The notes under the pieces are model-generated. The model saw only the letters and a list, made by a program, of their open reading frames with translations. It did not search any database and was not told where the DNA came from. Positions 18,902-29,858 of a DNA stretch of 64,000 nucleotides are shown in pieces (within the stretch, counting starts at the first letter, position 1; the number at the start of each line of letters is the position of its first letter). The position numbers and the translations under genes were made by a program. The stretch is taken from positions 3,296,001-3,360,000 of the forward strand of contig OZ219926.1 of NCBI GenBank assembly GCA_964291405.2. The letters are read 5' to 3'. The stretch is from Thermodesulfobacteriota bacterium. Its GTDB lineage: Bacteria > Desulfobacterota > Binatia > Bin18.

Positions 18902-20050
18902 ATGGAACACAGAGCGGACCAGGGGACGGCTCAGACCGACTGGGGAGACTGGATCGCCCTTCGTCTGGTACGGGGAGTCGGAAACGTGACCTACCGACAG
19001 TTGCTGGACCGTTTTGTGTCCCCGCGTGAGATCTTGCGGACATCGCCGGCCATACTTACTGAGGCGGGTATCAGCGCTCGTATTGCCCAGGAGATTACCG
19101 CGTTTGACCAATGGAAAGAGGTCGAAGCCGAATTGGAGCAACTGGCACGGCTGAATGCCTGTTTAGTCACTCAGACAGATGCCGAATATCCAGAACGCCT
19201 CAGACAGATTCACGACCCTCCACCCTTCCTCTACACCCGGGGGCGTTTTACGTCTCAAGATGACCTGGCCATTGCCATAGTCGGAGCGCGGACTGCGAGT
19301 CCGTACGGGCGTAAGATGGCCCAAGAACTAGCCCATGAATTGGCCGGGTGTGGGGTCTGCGTAGTGAGTGGTCTGGCGCGTGGGATCGATTCTGAGGCGC
19401 ATCAAGCCGTCCTCGAAGCCGGAGGGAGAACGATCGCGGTTTTGGGCTCGGGGCTTGACGTGGTGTATCCACGCGAGCATATAGCCTTGGCAGAGCAGAT
19501 TGCGGAAAGTGGGGCGGTGGTATCGGAGTTTTCCTTTGGCAGCCAACCTGAGGCCGGGAATTTTCCATACCGAAACCGGGTCATCAGCGGCATCAGTCTG
19601 GGGACGGTGGTGGTGGAAGCAACGGAAAAGAGCGGCTCGCTTATTACCGCCCAATGCGCGCTTGACCAGAACCGCGAGGTGTTTGCCGTGCCCGGTCCAG
19701 TTACGGCGAGTCGAAGCCGGGGACCGCATCGCCTGATTAAGGATGGCGCAAAGCTTGTCGAAAGTATTGATGATATACTGAGTGAGATTGCCCCGGCTCT
19801 GGCGCGGACGGACCGGGCTGAGAAAAACGAGACCAGCGTCCCGGTTGTTCCCTTGGAGCCGGATGAGGAGAGGTTGTTTCAATTGTTTCCAGAGGAGGCG
19901 GTGCATGTGGATACCCTCATCACTGGCAGTGGACTTGAGCCAGCGCGTGTGCTTGAAGTCCTACTTGGATTGGAATTAAAGGGCATCGTGACCCAACTGC
20001 CCGGCATGTATTTCACCGCCACCAGAGGAAACCAGAGAGGGGGGAGGTAG
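18902..20050 (+). CDS. dprA: DNA-processing protein DprA
   Basis: [40 protein letters not shown]. Confidence 0.96.
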   Translation: MEHRADQGTAQTDWGDWIALRLVRGVGNVTYRQLLDRFVSPREILRTSPAILTEAGISARIAQEITAFDQWKEVEAELEQLARLNACLVTQTDAEYPERLRQIHDPPPFLYTRGRFTSQDDLAIAIVGARTASPYGRKMAQELAHELAGCGVCVVSGLARGIDSEAHQAVLEAGGRTIAVLGSGLDVVYPREHIALAEQIAESGAVVSEFSFGSQPEAGNFPYRNRVISGISLGTVVVEATEKSGSLITAQCALDQNREVFAVPGPVTASRSRGPHRLIKDGAKLVESIDDILSEIAPALARTDRAEKNETSVPVVPLEPDEERLFQLFPEEAVHVDTLITGSGLEPARVLEVLLGLELKGIVTQLPGMYFTATRGNQRGGR

Positions 20051-20052
20051 GT

Positions 20053-22716
20053 ATGGCCAAAAACCTCGTCATAGTCGAATCGCCGGCCAAAGCCCGGACG
20101 ATCAACCGCTATTTGGGCCGTGACTATATTGTGAAGTCCAGTGTCGGCCATGTGCGCGACTTGCCGACCGGCGGCAAGTCCGAGCGTGGGACGGCCACTG
20201 CGCGCAAGCGCGCAAAGAAGACGCAAAAGGCCACCGGCCGGAAGAACGCACGCATCAAACTGATCTCGCGTATGGGTGTCGATCCCGACAATAACTGGAC
20301 GGCAAGCTACGAAGTGCTACCCGGCAAGGAGAAAGTCGTTGCCGATCTGAAGAAACTGGCGCACAACGCGGACGCCGTATATCTGGCAACCGACCGTGAC
20401 CGCGAGGGCGAGGCAATCGCCTGGCATTTGAAGCAACTCATCGGCGGGACGCCCGAGCGCTTTCGTCGGGTAGTCTTTAACGAAATTACCAAAAGTGCCA
20501 TTCAAGACGCGTTTGAGCGCCCCGGCGAAATTGACGAAAATCGAGTCAACGCGCAACAGGCGCGGCGCTTTCTCGACCGTGTCGTTGGCTTTGAGCTGTC
20601 GCCCCTGCTGTGGGCCAAGGTGGCGCGTGGTCTGTCGGCCGGTCGGGTGCAATCGGTCGCGGTACGGCTCATTGTGGAACGCGAACGGGAGATTCGCGCC
20701 TTTGTGCCCGAGGAATACTGGGAGGTCTTTGCCGAGTTGGCGAAAGGCGTCGACGAGCCGGGGTATCGCTTCCAGGTCATAAAGGAGAACGGCGAGGACT
20801 TTCGTCCGGGGACGAGTGAACAGGCCGAAGCTGCGGTCGCTCGCCTCGCTACCCAGGATTTTTGCATCATCAGTCGTGAGGACAAGCCAACCCAGGCCCG
20901 TCCCAATGCCCCCTTCATCACGTCTACGCTGCAGCAGTCGGCGGCCACTCGACTGAGCTTTGGGGTACGGAAGACTATGCGGCTGGCACAGCAACTGTAT
21001 GAGGCTGGCCATATTACGTATATGCGGACCGACTCGACCAACCTCTCGCGCGAATCCGTGACCAAGGCGCGGACCTATATTGAGCGCGAGTATGGGCCGC
21101 GCTACCTGCCGGACAAGCCGAACGTCTACGCCAGCAAGGCATCCGCCCAAGAGGCGCATGAGGCGATTCGGCCAACCGACCTGACAGTCGAACCGACTAC
21201 CCTCGGCAACCAGGACGTGGATGCCCGGCGGCTCTACGACCTCATCCGTCGCCAGTTCATTGCCTGTCAGATGACGCGAGCCGAATACCTCAGCACCACC
21301 ATCATCGCTGAGGCCGGACCGTTCGAGTTGCGTATCCGTGGCCGCATTCTCAAGTTTGACGGCTTCACCAAGGTGTTACCGCCTGCCTCGCGGAAGGAAG
21401 ACGAGGTGGAACTGCCCGACTTCGGCCAAGGCGACGGGCTGGTCTGCCTCGACACCGATACCGTGCAGCATTTTACCAAGCCCCCTGCCCGCTATAGCGA
21501 AGCGAGTCTGGTGCGTGAGCTTGAGAAGCGCGGCATCGGTCGGCCATCTACCTACGCCGCTATCATCTCCACCATCCAGGAACGTGGCTATGTCAGCCTC
21601 AACAAACGGCGCTTTCAGGCGGAGAAGATCGGCGAACTGGTGACCGACCGGCTGGTAGAGAACTTCAGCCACCTGCTCAATTATTCGTTTACCGCAGACA
21701 TGGAGCAGGAACTCGATCAGATCGCTCTGGGAGAGCGAGAGTGGCGCAGCGTGCTGGACGCCTTCTACGAGGATTTTTCTCAGCGGCTCCAAACCGCTGG
21801 GGCCGCGGAAGGTATGCGGCCGAATCAGCCCATCACGACAGCGGTCAGGTGCGATGCCTGCGAGCGTCCGATGCAGGTACGTACGGCCAGCACCGGGATG
21901 TTTCTGGGATGTTCGGGATACGCGCTGCCTCCGGCTGAGCGCTGTACGCGCACCATGAATCTCGTACCCGGAGAGGAAGCGGTTGACACTGACGCGGATG
22001 AAGAGGGGGAAAGTCGGCGACTGCGGGCCAAGCGGCGCTGCCCCTCCTGCGACTCCGCCATGGATTCCTATCTGATCGACGAAACGCGTAAGCTGCATCT
22101 GTGTGGCAACGGTCCGGACTGCGATGGGAACCAAATAGAGTCGGGCGAGTTTCGTCTCAAGGGTTACGACGGGCCAGTATTGGAGTGCGAGAAATGCGGC
22201 GCTGAAATGCAACTGCAAAGCGGCCGGTTTGGTAAATACTTCCGGTGCGCGAACAGTACGTGTGGCAACACGCGCAAGCTGCTACGCAACGGTCAGCCCG
22301 CTCCGTCGCGGGCCGACCCCGTACCCATGCCCGAACTCAGGTGTCGGACAGTGGACGATCACTACGTACTGCGCGATGGAGCGGCCGGCATTTTTCTGGC
22401 CGCCAGCCAGTTCCCTAGGAACCGCGAGACGCGGGCTCCTCTGGTTGCTGAGCTGAGGCCCCACGCCGACGAGTTAGACCCTAAGTTTCACTTTTTGTTA
22501 AGCGCCCCCGAGGCAGACCCGCAGGGGAATCCAGCCGTGATCAGATTTTCGCGCAAGAGTCGCGAGCAATATGTGGCGTCCGAGGTGAATGACAAGGCCA
22601 CCGGCTGGAGCGCACACTACCGGAATGGCAGCTGGGAAGTGCGGGAGCGCACGCGGACGAAACGCCCGCGTGCAACCAGGGCCCAGACGCCTGATACTTT
22701 ATCCCAGGTCGCGTGA
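20053..22716 (+). CDS. topA: DNA topoisomerase I (type IA) with Zn-ribbon C-terminus
   Basis: [50 protein letters not shown]4 repeats. Confidence 0.97.
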   Translation: MAKNLVIVESPAKARTINRYLGRDYIVKSSVGHVRDLPTGGKSERGTATARKRAKKTQKATGRKNARIKLISRMGVDPDNNWTASYEVLPGKEKVVADLKKLAHNADAVYLATDRDREGEAIAWHLKQLIGGTPERFRRVVFNEITKSAIQDAFERPGEIDENRVNAQQARRFLDRVVGFELSPLLWAKVARGLSAGRVQSVAVRLIVEREREIRAFVPEEYWEVFAELAKGVDEPGYRFQVIKENGEDFRPGTSEQAEAAVARLATQDFCIISREDKPTQARPNAPFITSTLQQSAATRLSFGVRKTMRLAQQLYEAGHITYMRTDSTNLSRESVTKARTYIEREYGPRYLPDKPNVYASKASAQEAHEAIRPTDLTVEPTTLGNQDVDARRLYDLIRRQFIACQMTRAEYLSTTIIAEAGPFELRIRGRILKFDGFTKVLPPASRKEDEVELPDFGQGDGLVCLDTDTVQHFTKPPARYSEASLVRELEKRGIGRPSTYAAIISTIQERGYVSLNKRRFQAEKIGELVTDRLVENFSHLLNYSFTADMEQELDQIALGEREWRSVLDAFYEDFSQRLQTAGAAEGMRPNQPITTAVRCDACERPMQVRTASTGMFLGCSGYALPPAERCTRTMNLVPGEEAVDTDADEEGESRRLRAKRRCPSCDSAMDSYLIDETRKLHLCGNGPDCDGNQIESGEFRLKGYDGPVLECEKCGAEMQLQSGRFGKYFRCANSTCGNTRKLLRNGQPAPSRADPVPMPELRCRTVDDHYVLRDGAAGIFLAASQFPRNRETRAPLVAELRPHADELDPKFHFLLSAPEADPQGNPAVIRFSRKSREQYVASEVNDKATGWSAHYRNGSWEVRERTRTKRPRATRAQTPDTLSQVA

Positions 22717-22737
22717 CCAGGGACCCTGACGAGCGAT

Positions 22738-24045
22738 ATGCAGACGGTTACGGTCATTGGCGGGGGGCTAGCCGGCAGTGAGGCGGCCTGGCAACTCGCC
22801 CACCAAGGCGTCGCTGTCCGTCTGTACGAAATGCGTCCGGTTCGTCCCACCGACGCCCACCACACGGACAAACTGGCCGAACTGGTCTGTTCTAATTCTT
22901 TTCGCAGTGCTGCCCTGGTGGCGGCGGTTGGCCTGCTGAAAGAAGAAATGCGCGGCCTGGGGTCATTAGTGATGGCTGCGGCCGATGTGGCGCGGGTTCC
23001 GGCCGGACAAGCCCTGGCAGTCGACCGCCACGTCTTTGCCCAGTACATCACCGACGCGTTAGCAGACCATCCGCTGGTTGAAGTAGTACGGGAAGAAGTC
23101 CAGGTCATTCCGTCTGGACCGACGGTGATTGCCAGTGGTCCGTTGACCTCACCGGCCCTATCCGAACAACTTCGGACGTTGTTTGGCCGTGAGTACCTGT
23201 ATTTCTACGATGCCATCTCTCCTGTTGTGACAGCCGACTCAATAGATGCGCGCGTGGCATTTCGGGCCTCGCGCTACAATCACGGCGGCGATGATTATCT
23301 CAACTGCCCTCTCTCGCAGACAGAGTATTATCAACTCGTTGACGACATTCTGACTGCTGAAAAGGTGCCGGAAAAGGCGTTTGAGCAATGCCGCTACTTC
23401 GAAGGCTGTCTGCCGATTGAGGAGATGGCCCGGCGCGGCAAAGACACCTTGGCCTACGGTCCGATGAAACCGGTCGGCCTGACCGACCCGCGCAGTGGCA
23501 CCCGTCCTCACGCGGTTGTCCAACTGCGGCAGGACGACCGGGCCGGGACGTTATGGGGGCTGGTCGGATTTCAGACTAAGATGACGTATCCCGAGCAGCG
23601 GCGTATTTTCCGCATGATTCCCGGCCTGGCCAACGCGGAGTTCGTTCGCCTCGGCAGCCTGCACCGCAACACCTTCATCGAGTCGCCCCGCCTGCTCAGA
23701 CCGACCTTGCAGTTTCGACAGCGCGACGACCTGTTTTTTGCCGGACAGATGATTGGCGTGGAAGGCTATCTGGAGTCAGCCGCGGCCGGCTGGCTGGCCG
23801 GAAGAAACGCGGGTCTTCAGGTCAAGGGGCAGCCTCTGTTGACGCCCCCCCTCACAACGGCGCTGGGCGCTATGATCGCATACGTCACCGACCCCGAGCG
23901 CAAAGATTTCCAACCCATGAACGTGAACTACGGGCTGTTCCCTGGGCTCTCACGTCGTCTGCGAGGCCGTGAAAAAAAACAGGCTATGGCGGACCGAGCA
24001 CTCTCAGACCTGGCGACTTGGCAGGCCGAGCACGGTCTGTGTTGA
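22738..24045 (+). CDS. trmFO: tRNA (uracil-5-)-methyltransferase TrmFO
   Basis: [55 protein letters not shown]. Confidence 0.97.
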   Translation: MQTVTVIGGGLAGSEAAWQLAHQGVAVRLYEMRPVRPTDAHHTDKLAELVCSNSFRSAALVAAVGLLKEEMRGLGSLVMAAADVARVPAGQALAVDRHVFAQYITDALADHPLVEVVREEVQVIPSGPTVIASGPLTSPALSEQLRTLFGREYLYFYDAISPVVTADSIDARVAFRASRYNHGGDDYLNCPLSQTEYYQLVDDILTAEKVPEKAFEQCRYFEGCLPIEEMARRGKDTLAYGPMKPVGLTDPRSGTRPHAVVQLRQDDRAGTLWGLVGFQTKMTYPEQRRIFRMIPGLANAEFVRLGSLHRNTFIESPRLLRPTLQFRQRDDLFFAGQMIGVEGYLESAAAGWLAGRNAGLQVKGQPLLTPPLTTALGAMIAYVTDPERKDFQPMNVNYGLFPGLSRRLRGREKKQAMADRALSDLATWQAEHGLC

Positions 24046-24201
24046 GCATGTCACCAAAGGGAATACCCAATGTGCGGCACGATCCTTATGCCGTGAGAAT
24101 GCTGCTGCCCGTATGAGAGCGCTCCTTCCGACCGTCACCCCTGCATTTCCGTTTCTGATCCTGCTAGGCTGTCCGGCAGTCTGGTGCGGAAAGGACGCTG
24201 T

Positions 24202-25368
24202 ATGGATTTTGAACTGCCCGAAGAATACCGCATGTTGCAGGAGACGGTGCGCCGTTTCGTGCGTCAGGAACTGATACCGCTGGAGACAACGGTCCTGGAG
24301 CGCGATACGCAGGGCATGACCGGTGAAGACCTGGTGCCGCCCGAGGCTGAAGAACGTTTGCTGGCAGTTGCCCAGGAAGCCGGTCTGTGGGGGCTGGACG
24401 TACCCGAGGAATTTGGCGGGTTGAACCTGGGGGCGTTGCCGAAATGCCTGGCGACCGAGGAACTGTATAAGACCGTTACGCCGTTTACCTTTCCGCCCGA
24501 TGCGCCCAATCTGCACATGCTGATGCAAACCTGCACGCCCGAGCAGCGAGAGAAATACCTCCTCCCGTATGCGCAGGGCAAGGCGCATTCGGCTATTGCC
24601 ATTTCCGAACCTGGAGCTGGCTCAGACCCAGCCGGGATGCAGACCTCAGCCGTGAAAAAAGGGGACCAGTGGGTAATAAACGGTCGGAAGATTTGGATCT
24701 CACGCGCCCATGTCGCCGACTTCATCATTGTCATGGCAGTGACGGAGAAGGGCAAAGGTGCCCGTGGTGGGATTACGGCCTTCCTGGTGGATAAGGGTAC
24801 CCCCGGTCTGGTGCTGCAACGCCAGATTCCGGTCATTGGCGGACATGCGCCCTGGGAGTTGGTGTTTGAAGACCTGACCCTCCCGGATTCCCAGGTTCTG
24901 GGCGAAGTCGGACAGGGCTTTGCGCCCATGCAACTCCGCCTGACCGTCCGACGCCTGGAGATGGGAAGTTGGTGTGTGGGTCTGGCGCAGCGCTGCCTGG
25001 ATATGATGGTCGAGTATGCCAAACAGCGGGTGACCTTTGGCCAGAAGCTGGCCGACCGCCAGGCCATTCAGTGGTTCATCGCCGACTCGGCAACCGATAT
25101 TCATGCCTCACGGCTGATGGTGCATCACGGGGCCTGGAAATTTGACCAGGGAGACGATGTCCGCCAGGAAGCCTCCATGTTGAAAGTCTTTGCCACGGAA
25201 ATGGCCACCCGGGTGGCCGACCGGGCCATGCAGATGCACGGCGGTATGGGCATGTCCAAGGAAATGCCGCTTGAGTTTATCTATCGTCGCCTGCGACCCA
25301 TGCGAATTTTTGAAGGTCCAACAGAGATTCATCGTTGGGTGATTGCCCGGAAACTGCTCAGAGACTAG
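24202..25368 (+). CDS. Acyl-CoA dehydrogenase
   Basis: ISEPGAGSDP, INGRKIWIS, QMHGGMG, RIFEGPTEIHR. Confidence 0.94.
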   Translation: MDFELPEEYRMLQETVRRFVRQELIPLETTVLERDTQGMTGEDLVPPEAEERLLAVAQEAGLWGLDVPEEFGGLNLGALPKCLATEELYKTVTPFTFPPDAPNLHMLMQTCTPEQREKYLLPYAQGKAHSAIAISEPGAGSDPAGMQTSAVKKGDQWVINGRKIWISRAHVADFIIVMAVTEKGKGARGGITAFLVDKGTPGLVLQRQIPVIGGHAPWELVFEDLTLPDSQVLGEVGQGFAPMQLRLTVRRLEMGSWCVGLAQRCLDMMVEYAKQRVTFGQKLADRQAIQWFIADSATDIHASRLMVHHGAWKFDQGDDVRQEASMLKVFATEMATRVADRAMQMHGGMGMSKEMPLEFIYRRLRPMRIFEGPTEIHRWVIARKLLRD

Positions 25369-25446
25369 AACGGAGAACCAGTGCGAGGCTTGCGCCCGCA
25401 CTGGGAGCATTCTATGCTACTCGCCAGTCTGCGGGCGATACGACAA

Positions 25447-25500
25447 GATGAGTAAACGCGCCCTCCAACAGACACAACAATGTTGGCGCGTTTACCCATT
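25447..25500. repeat. Family B element, copy 2 (54 bp)
   Basis: GATGAGTAAACGCGCC-CTCCAACAGACACAACAATGTT-GGCGCGTTTACCCATT. Confidence 0.8.
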
Positions 25501-25514
25501 CAAGGGGGAGCAAC

Positions 25515-25967
25515 GTGCGTACACAATTTTGGTGGTTCGGTGTTGGGCTGATTTTTCTTACGGGCTGTTTTATGCGCCCGGCAAAACCTGTTGCCATTGA
25601 AGAACGCATTGCCCCCATCTACCCGGAAGCGCGTCCTATCGATTGCCCGGTGCGTATGCTGACCTCTCCCCCGGCCCAGCCGTATGACGTCTTCGCCCAT
25701 ATTGTTTCCTATGGGAACGAGATTGACGGGCTGGAAAGCATGAACGCCCTGATCCGCGATAAAGCCTGTGAGGTGGGAGCCGATGCCGTCGTGTTACTGC
25801 CCCCCCAGCAAGTCGCGCATATGAATATCGAAGACTCCTTCCCAGACTGGGTACAACAACAGAAACAAGGTCAGTTCGGGCGCTACGCCCAATCCGCGGA
25901 TCGGAAATTTTCATTGGCTCGACGCGGCTTTGCGGTGGTATTCAAAAGAGACGGGACCACGCACTGA
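25515..25967 (+). CDS. Hypothetical lipoprotein
   Basis: GGGGGAG RBS, signal peptide with lipobox LTGC, KACEVGADAVV (YbjQ/heavy-metal-binding-like). Confidence 0.7.
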   Translation: MRTQFWWFGVGLIFLTGCFMRPAKPVAIEERIAPIYPEARPIDCPVRMLTSPPAQPYDVFAHIVSYGNEIDGLESMNALIRDKACEVGADAVVLLPPQQVAHMNIEDSFPDWVQQQKQGQFGRYAQSADRKFSLARRGFAVVFKRDGTTH

Positions 25968-25971
25968 CCCG

Positions 25972-26025
25972 AAAGAGTAAATGTGTCCTCCAACAGCATG
26001 GAGATGCTGGATACGTTTACTCTTT
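25972..26025. repeat. Family B element, copy 3 (54 bp)
   Basis: AAAGAGTAAATGTGTCC-TCCAACAGCATGGAGATGCT-GGATACGTTTACTCTTT. Confidence 0.88.
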
Positions 26026-26042
26026 ATACCAGCCCGTTCTCT

Positions 26043-26954
26043 CTACGGGCTGTGCAGACGATAGGCATCAATATCAATCTCTTCTACCCCCGCGGGCGTA
26101 TCCAAGCGAAAGAGCGCCGCGGACGGGATAGGACCGACCGAGACTTCCTGATAGGTGAGTGAGACCTGTTGGGCTCCCTGCGCATCGGACAGGCTGATGA
26201 CAAACGGAAAAGACATGCCTTGCACCGGTCGATAGTCACCCAACTCGCCCTGAGCTTGGAGCGTACCGGTCGCGTCCCTGACTGCCCAGCCTGTGAGGCG
26301 CTTTGTTGCCGAGTCGAACCGCAGCGTTGTCAGGCTCCCATTCGAGCGCTGAAAATCGAGCCGGTAGGCACCGGTCGGCTCACGGCGCACCGGCGCGACC
26401 ATAGCTTCCACCGGAAAAGGTGGAAAGCCCATCAGCAGGCGCGTGATCTCGCGCGCCGAGAGTAGCACCTGGGTCAAACGGGCAATATTGAACGGGCTGG
26501 CAACTCCTCGGTAGAGGACCTTATCGCGCGGCAGATAGGCGGCTAGTTGTTGCCCATCACAGGTATGAATAGCGGCCACACCAAGGAGTGAGAATAGCTC
26601 AAGGCGAAAGCGGTCAGGAGTAGCAAGCGCAACGGCTTGCGTCGCAGAACCCTTTTCGTGGGCGTCCCGGTACGAGACCTTAGCCAGCCCGCGGAGGCCG
26701 GCGATGGTCTGCTGCCGGGCATGAAGCGGTGCCAGGAGTTCTTGGGCAGACGGGAGGGAGGCTGGAGGGAGAGGTGGGGAAGGGCGGCGAGCCGTACAGC
26801 CGCTTCCCCAGATGATGAGACCAGCAAGAACCACGAGCCAGGATAACGAGAGAGACGGGTGCCGCTGCCGTTGTCCTGCACGGGGGAGTGGAAAAGAAGG
26901 GAGAGTCGTGCGCCGGGGAGACCGGCCTGAAACGCTGCCGCTACTGGAGCTCAC
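26043..26954 (-). CDS. LolB/DUF4292-like lipoprotein
   Basis: Hydrophobic stretch ending in GSGC, PDRFRLE motif, directly downstream of the TPR gene; start uncertain. Confidence 0.65.
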   Translation of the reverse strand: MSSSSGSVSGRSPRRTTLPSFPLPRAGQRQRHPSLSLSWLVVLAGLIIWGSGCTARRPSPPLPPASLPSAQELLAPLHARQQTIAGLRGLAKVSYRDAHEKGSATQAVALATPDRFRLELFSLLGVAAIHTCDGQQLAAYLPRDKVLYRGVASPFNIARLTQVLLSAREITRLLMGFPPFPVEAMVAPVRREPTGAYRLDFQRSNGSLTTLRFDSATKRLTGWAVRDATGTLQAQGELGDYRPVQGMSFPFVISLSDAQGAQQVSLTYQEVSVGPIPSAALFRLDTPAGVEEIDIDAYRLHSP

Positions 26955-28737
26955 TGCCGCTCGTCTTGTGTATCCCTACCGGAGACAAGGCGTTTAGCTT
27001 TGTCCGTAAACGATTGAGCTGCGTTTCTTCGGATGTATTTTTCATGGCTTCCTGGTAGACGCGGGAGGCGTCTGCGGTGCGTCCGATTTTGGAATATGCA
27101 TCCCCCAGATGTTCAATCAAGGTGGGGTCGGCATCAACCAGTTCCACTGCCCGTTCAAGGTGCTGAATGGCTTCCATATACTCTCCGCGCTGATAATACA
27201 CCCAACCCAGACTATCAATATAAAAGCCGTCGTTGGGTTCGATGGCCAGCGCCCGGAGTATCAGTTGTTCCGCCTCATCCAAATGCACACCCTGCTCTGC
27301 CCAGGTATAGCCCAGGTAGTTCAGCGCCGCGGCATTCTCGGGATTGAGGGCGATGGCTTTCTGCATATGCCGGATGCAGCGCTCCTTTTGCTTGAGTTCG
27401 TCGTATACCGCTCCCAGCGTAAAATGGTACTGATCGTTGTCCGGGGCGATCTCGATGAGGTGCTCAAGGAGTTCGACGGCTTTGGCGTGATTATTGTTTT
27501 CGCGATAGAGGGAGGCGAGAAAACCAATGAGGTCCGCGTCGTCCTCTTTCACGCTGAGAGCCTGTTCTACGGCGGTGATGGCTTGCGCGATATTGCCCTG
27601 GCGTTGGTAGATATAACTCAGGTAGACGCGCGCATCGGCAAAATACTCGTCCTGTCGAGGAATATGTAACAGCTCGACCGTTGCCTTGACGTCCTGGTTG
27701 GCCTCCGTATACACGACACCGAGAAAGTAGCGGGCGCGATGATTCTCAGGCTGGGAGGCTAAGACGAGGTTGAGGGAGGTGGCGGCCTTTTCGTAATCGC
27801 CTTTCTCCCGATAGATCAGGCTGATCTTGAGCCGCGTCTCCTGTGGGTCGGCTTCTATTTTTTCAAGCGCCTGAAACTGGTCCAGCGCGTCGTCAAGCTT
27901 CTTCTGGCCAAGGTAGAAACGGCCGAGCCGCTCCCGCGCCTGCTCACTGCGCGGATTGAGGCTCAGGGCTTTCTCATACACCTCTATGGCTTGGGCGTTT
28001 TTCTTTTGCATTTCATACACGAGGGCAAGATCGAGCAGTACCAGTTCTGACTGCGGATTGATGCTGAGCGCCTCGTGATAATAGGTCTCCGCCTGATCCA
28101 ACTCTTGGGCTGCTGCGTGCGTTTGACCGAGATAATAATAGCCTAGGACCGATTGGGAGTGACGGCTCACCAGCCTTTTGAGCACACCGATCGCTTCTTG
28201 AAATCGCCCTTGCTTGGCATACAGCACGCTGAGGTAGAGATACGGCTCCTGGTCGTCCGAACCGTGGGTCAACAGGGATTCATAGACCTGAGCGGCTTCG
28301 TTTTCCTTGCCGGTCGAGGAGAGCAGGCCGGCGAGGAGGCGCTGGGCGGCAATATTGTCCGGCTCGGCAGCAACGACCTGCTGGCAATGCTCCAGGGCCT
28401 CGGCCAGCTTGCCTTGACGTAAGGCCAAGGTGGCAAGCCGCAGGCGCAGAAACGGGGTGTTCGGGTCGTGAGAGACGGCGTGTTCAAGCTCGGTGAGTGC
28501 GGTGTCATAGTCGCCCGCATTTAAGGCCACCTGGCTTTTGAGAAAGTGCCCGAGGGCCTTGTCTTCAGGGGCGAGGGCGACAGGCGATCCCAGGATGGGT
28601 GGTGTCTGAGTAGATGTGGGAGCGACCGGTGGGGCGACACGCACGGGGGCTGGGACGGGGCGAGCCGTGCTGCACGAGGTAAACGGGATGAGAGAGCAAA
28701 GAAGGAGAGCCCACACGACGAAGGAAGGGGAACGCAT
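26941..28737 (-). CDS. Tetratricopeptide-repeat lipoprotein
   Basis: Signal peptide ending FTSC; many TPR helices; ALNYLGYTWAE and YIDSLGWVYY motifs; start set to ATG 28737. Confidence 0.9.
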   Translation of the reverse strand: MRSPSFVVWALLLCSLIPFTSCSTARPVPAPVRVAPPVAPTSTQTPPILGSPVALAPEDKALGHFLKSQVALNAGDYDTALTELEHAVSHDPNTPFLRLRLATLALRQGKLAEALEHCQQVVAAEPDNIAAQRLLAGLLSSTGKENEAAQVYESLLTHGSDDQEPYLYLSVLYAKQGRFQEAIGVLKRLVSRHSQSVLGYYYLGQTHAAAQELDQAETYYHEALSINPQSELVLLDLALVYEMQKKNAQAIEVYEKALSLNPRSEQARERLGRFYLGQKKLDDALDQFQALEKIEADPQETRLKISLIYREKGDYEKAATSLNLVLASQPENHRARYFLGVVYTEANQDVKATVELLHIPRQDEYFADARVYLSYIYQRQGNIAQAITAVEQALSVKEDDADLIGFLASLYRENNNHAKAVELLEHLIEIAPDNDQYHFTLGAVYDELKQKERCIRHMQKAIALNPENAAALNYLGYTWAEQGVHLDEAEQLILRALAIEPNDGFYIDSLGWVYYQRGEYMEAIQHLERAVELVDADPTLIEHLGDAYSKIGRTADASRVYQEAMKNTSEETQLNRLRTKLNALSPVGIHKTSGSELQ

Positions 28738-28883
28738 TGACAGAGGGTAGCATGCGCTGAAATTGACCGTCAATCCTGGAATATCGAGTAGGCCGAGCAC
28801 TATCAGAAAAACAAGGCGATCAGGTACTTTCTCCGGCCCGTCCTGCGCGGTATGGCGAAGTCGTGTATGCTGCCGGGTGAGCC

Positions 28884-29837
28884 ATGTCATCTGAATTTTA
28901 TGACTTGTCCCGTTTGTTTGCGTTGCGGGATCGTCTTCAGTCTCTCGATAACGCCGCGCCTCCCGCGGCCTGTCTGCTATCCACACCGCCGCACCCGCCT
29001 CCGCAACGGCTGGGTGTCTTGTGCGGCTCGTTCAATCCTCTCACCCTGGCGCACGTCGTACTCGCGCACCACGCCTGCCGCGCATTCCACCTGGACCAAC
29101 TCTTATATACCGTGGCAAAGGTCACGGTGGATAAGGAACGGGTGACGGGGATGGGTCTGGAGGATCGCCTGTTATTGCTTCTCCTGCACGTCGAGCAGCA
29201 GCAACATCTGGGTGTGACCTTGGTCAACCGCGGGCTCTATTTTGAGCAGGCGCAGGCCTTTCAATCTCTCTTTGACAAGCGGGTCGAGCTGTTTTTTATT
29301 GTGGGCATGGACAAGCTGGTGCAGATTCTGGACGCGCGCTACTACCAGGATCGGGAGGCCGCTCTGGATCAGCTTTTTGCGCTCACCTCTCTTGTCGTTG
29401 CCAACCGAGGCGATATGGCCCGGCGTGCATTTGACGAGTTGTTGCAGCGCCCCGACAACCGGCCGTACCAGGACGCGATTCATTTCCTGCCCCTGCCGGA
29501 ATCCGTTGCCGATCTCTCCTCAACCGCAATACGGAAGACCGTGAGTGAGGCAACGAACCTCTCGGCTCACGTCCCGGCCGAGGTGGCGAGGTTTCTCACT
29601 GAAGCCCGGCCATATGCCGCACCGGGCAGCAACACCGAGGACGGGTCGGAGGATGGGGTCGACGCCTACGCCGTACGTCTGGCATTCTTTGACCGCCTTG
29701 CCGCAGTCCGGGACTGGGCCGAGCGGCACGTGGATTTCCAGCAGTTGCTGACCCAAGCGCTGGCGCCCGACCCACGAGGCCAGGCACTCCGTGGAGCAAC
29801 GACCGGTCAGGCGCTGCAAGCGCTCATAACAGGCTAA
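28884..29837 (+). CDS. Nucleotidyltransferase, NadD/Pof1-like
   Basis: GSFNPLTLAH (HxGH-type), VDK, IVGMDKLVQILDARYY, LSSTAIR. Confidence 0.75.
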   Translation: MSSEFYDLSRLFALRDRLQSLDNAAPPAACLLSTPPHPPPQRLGVLCGSFNPLTLAHVVLAHHACRAFHLDQLLYTVAKVTVDKERVTGMGLEDRLLLLLLHVEQQQHLGVTLVNRGLYFEQAQAFQSLFDKRVELFFIVGMDKLVQILDARYYQDREAALDQLFALTSLVVANRGDMARRAFDELLQRPDNRPYQDAIHFLPLPESVADLSSTAIRKTVSEATNLSAHVPAEVARFLTEARPYAAPGSNTEDGSEDGVDAYAVRLAFFDRLAAVRDWAERHVDFQQLLTQALAPDPRGQALRGATTGQALQALITG

Positions 29838-29858
29838 CCGGTACTGAAGGAGGAAGGG

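Noticed and set aside
25447-26025. Family B elements as integron attC sites
   Set aside because: The ends do not fit RYYYAAC/GTTRRRY, the arms lack extrahelical bases, copies are dispersed in both orientations and no integrase is present
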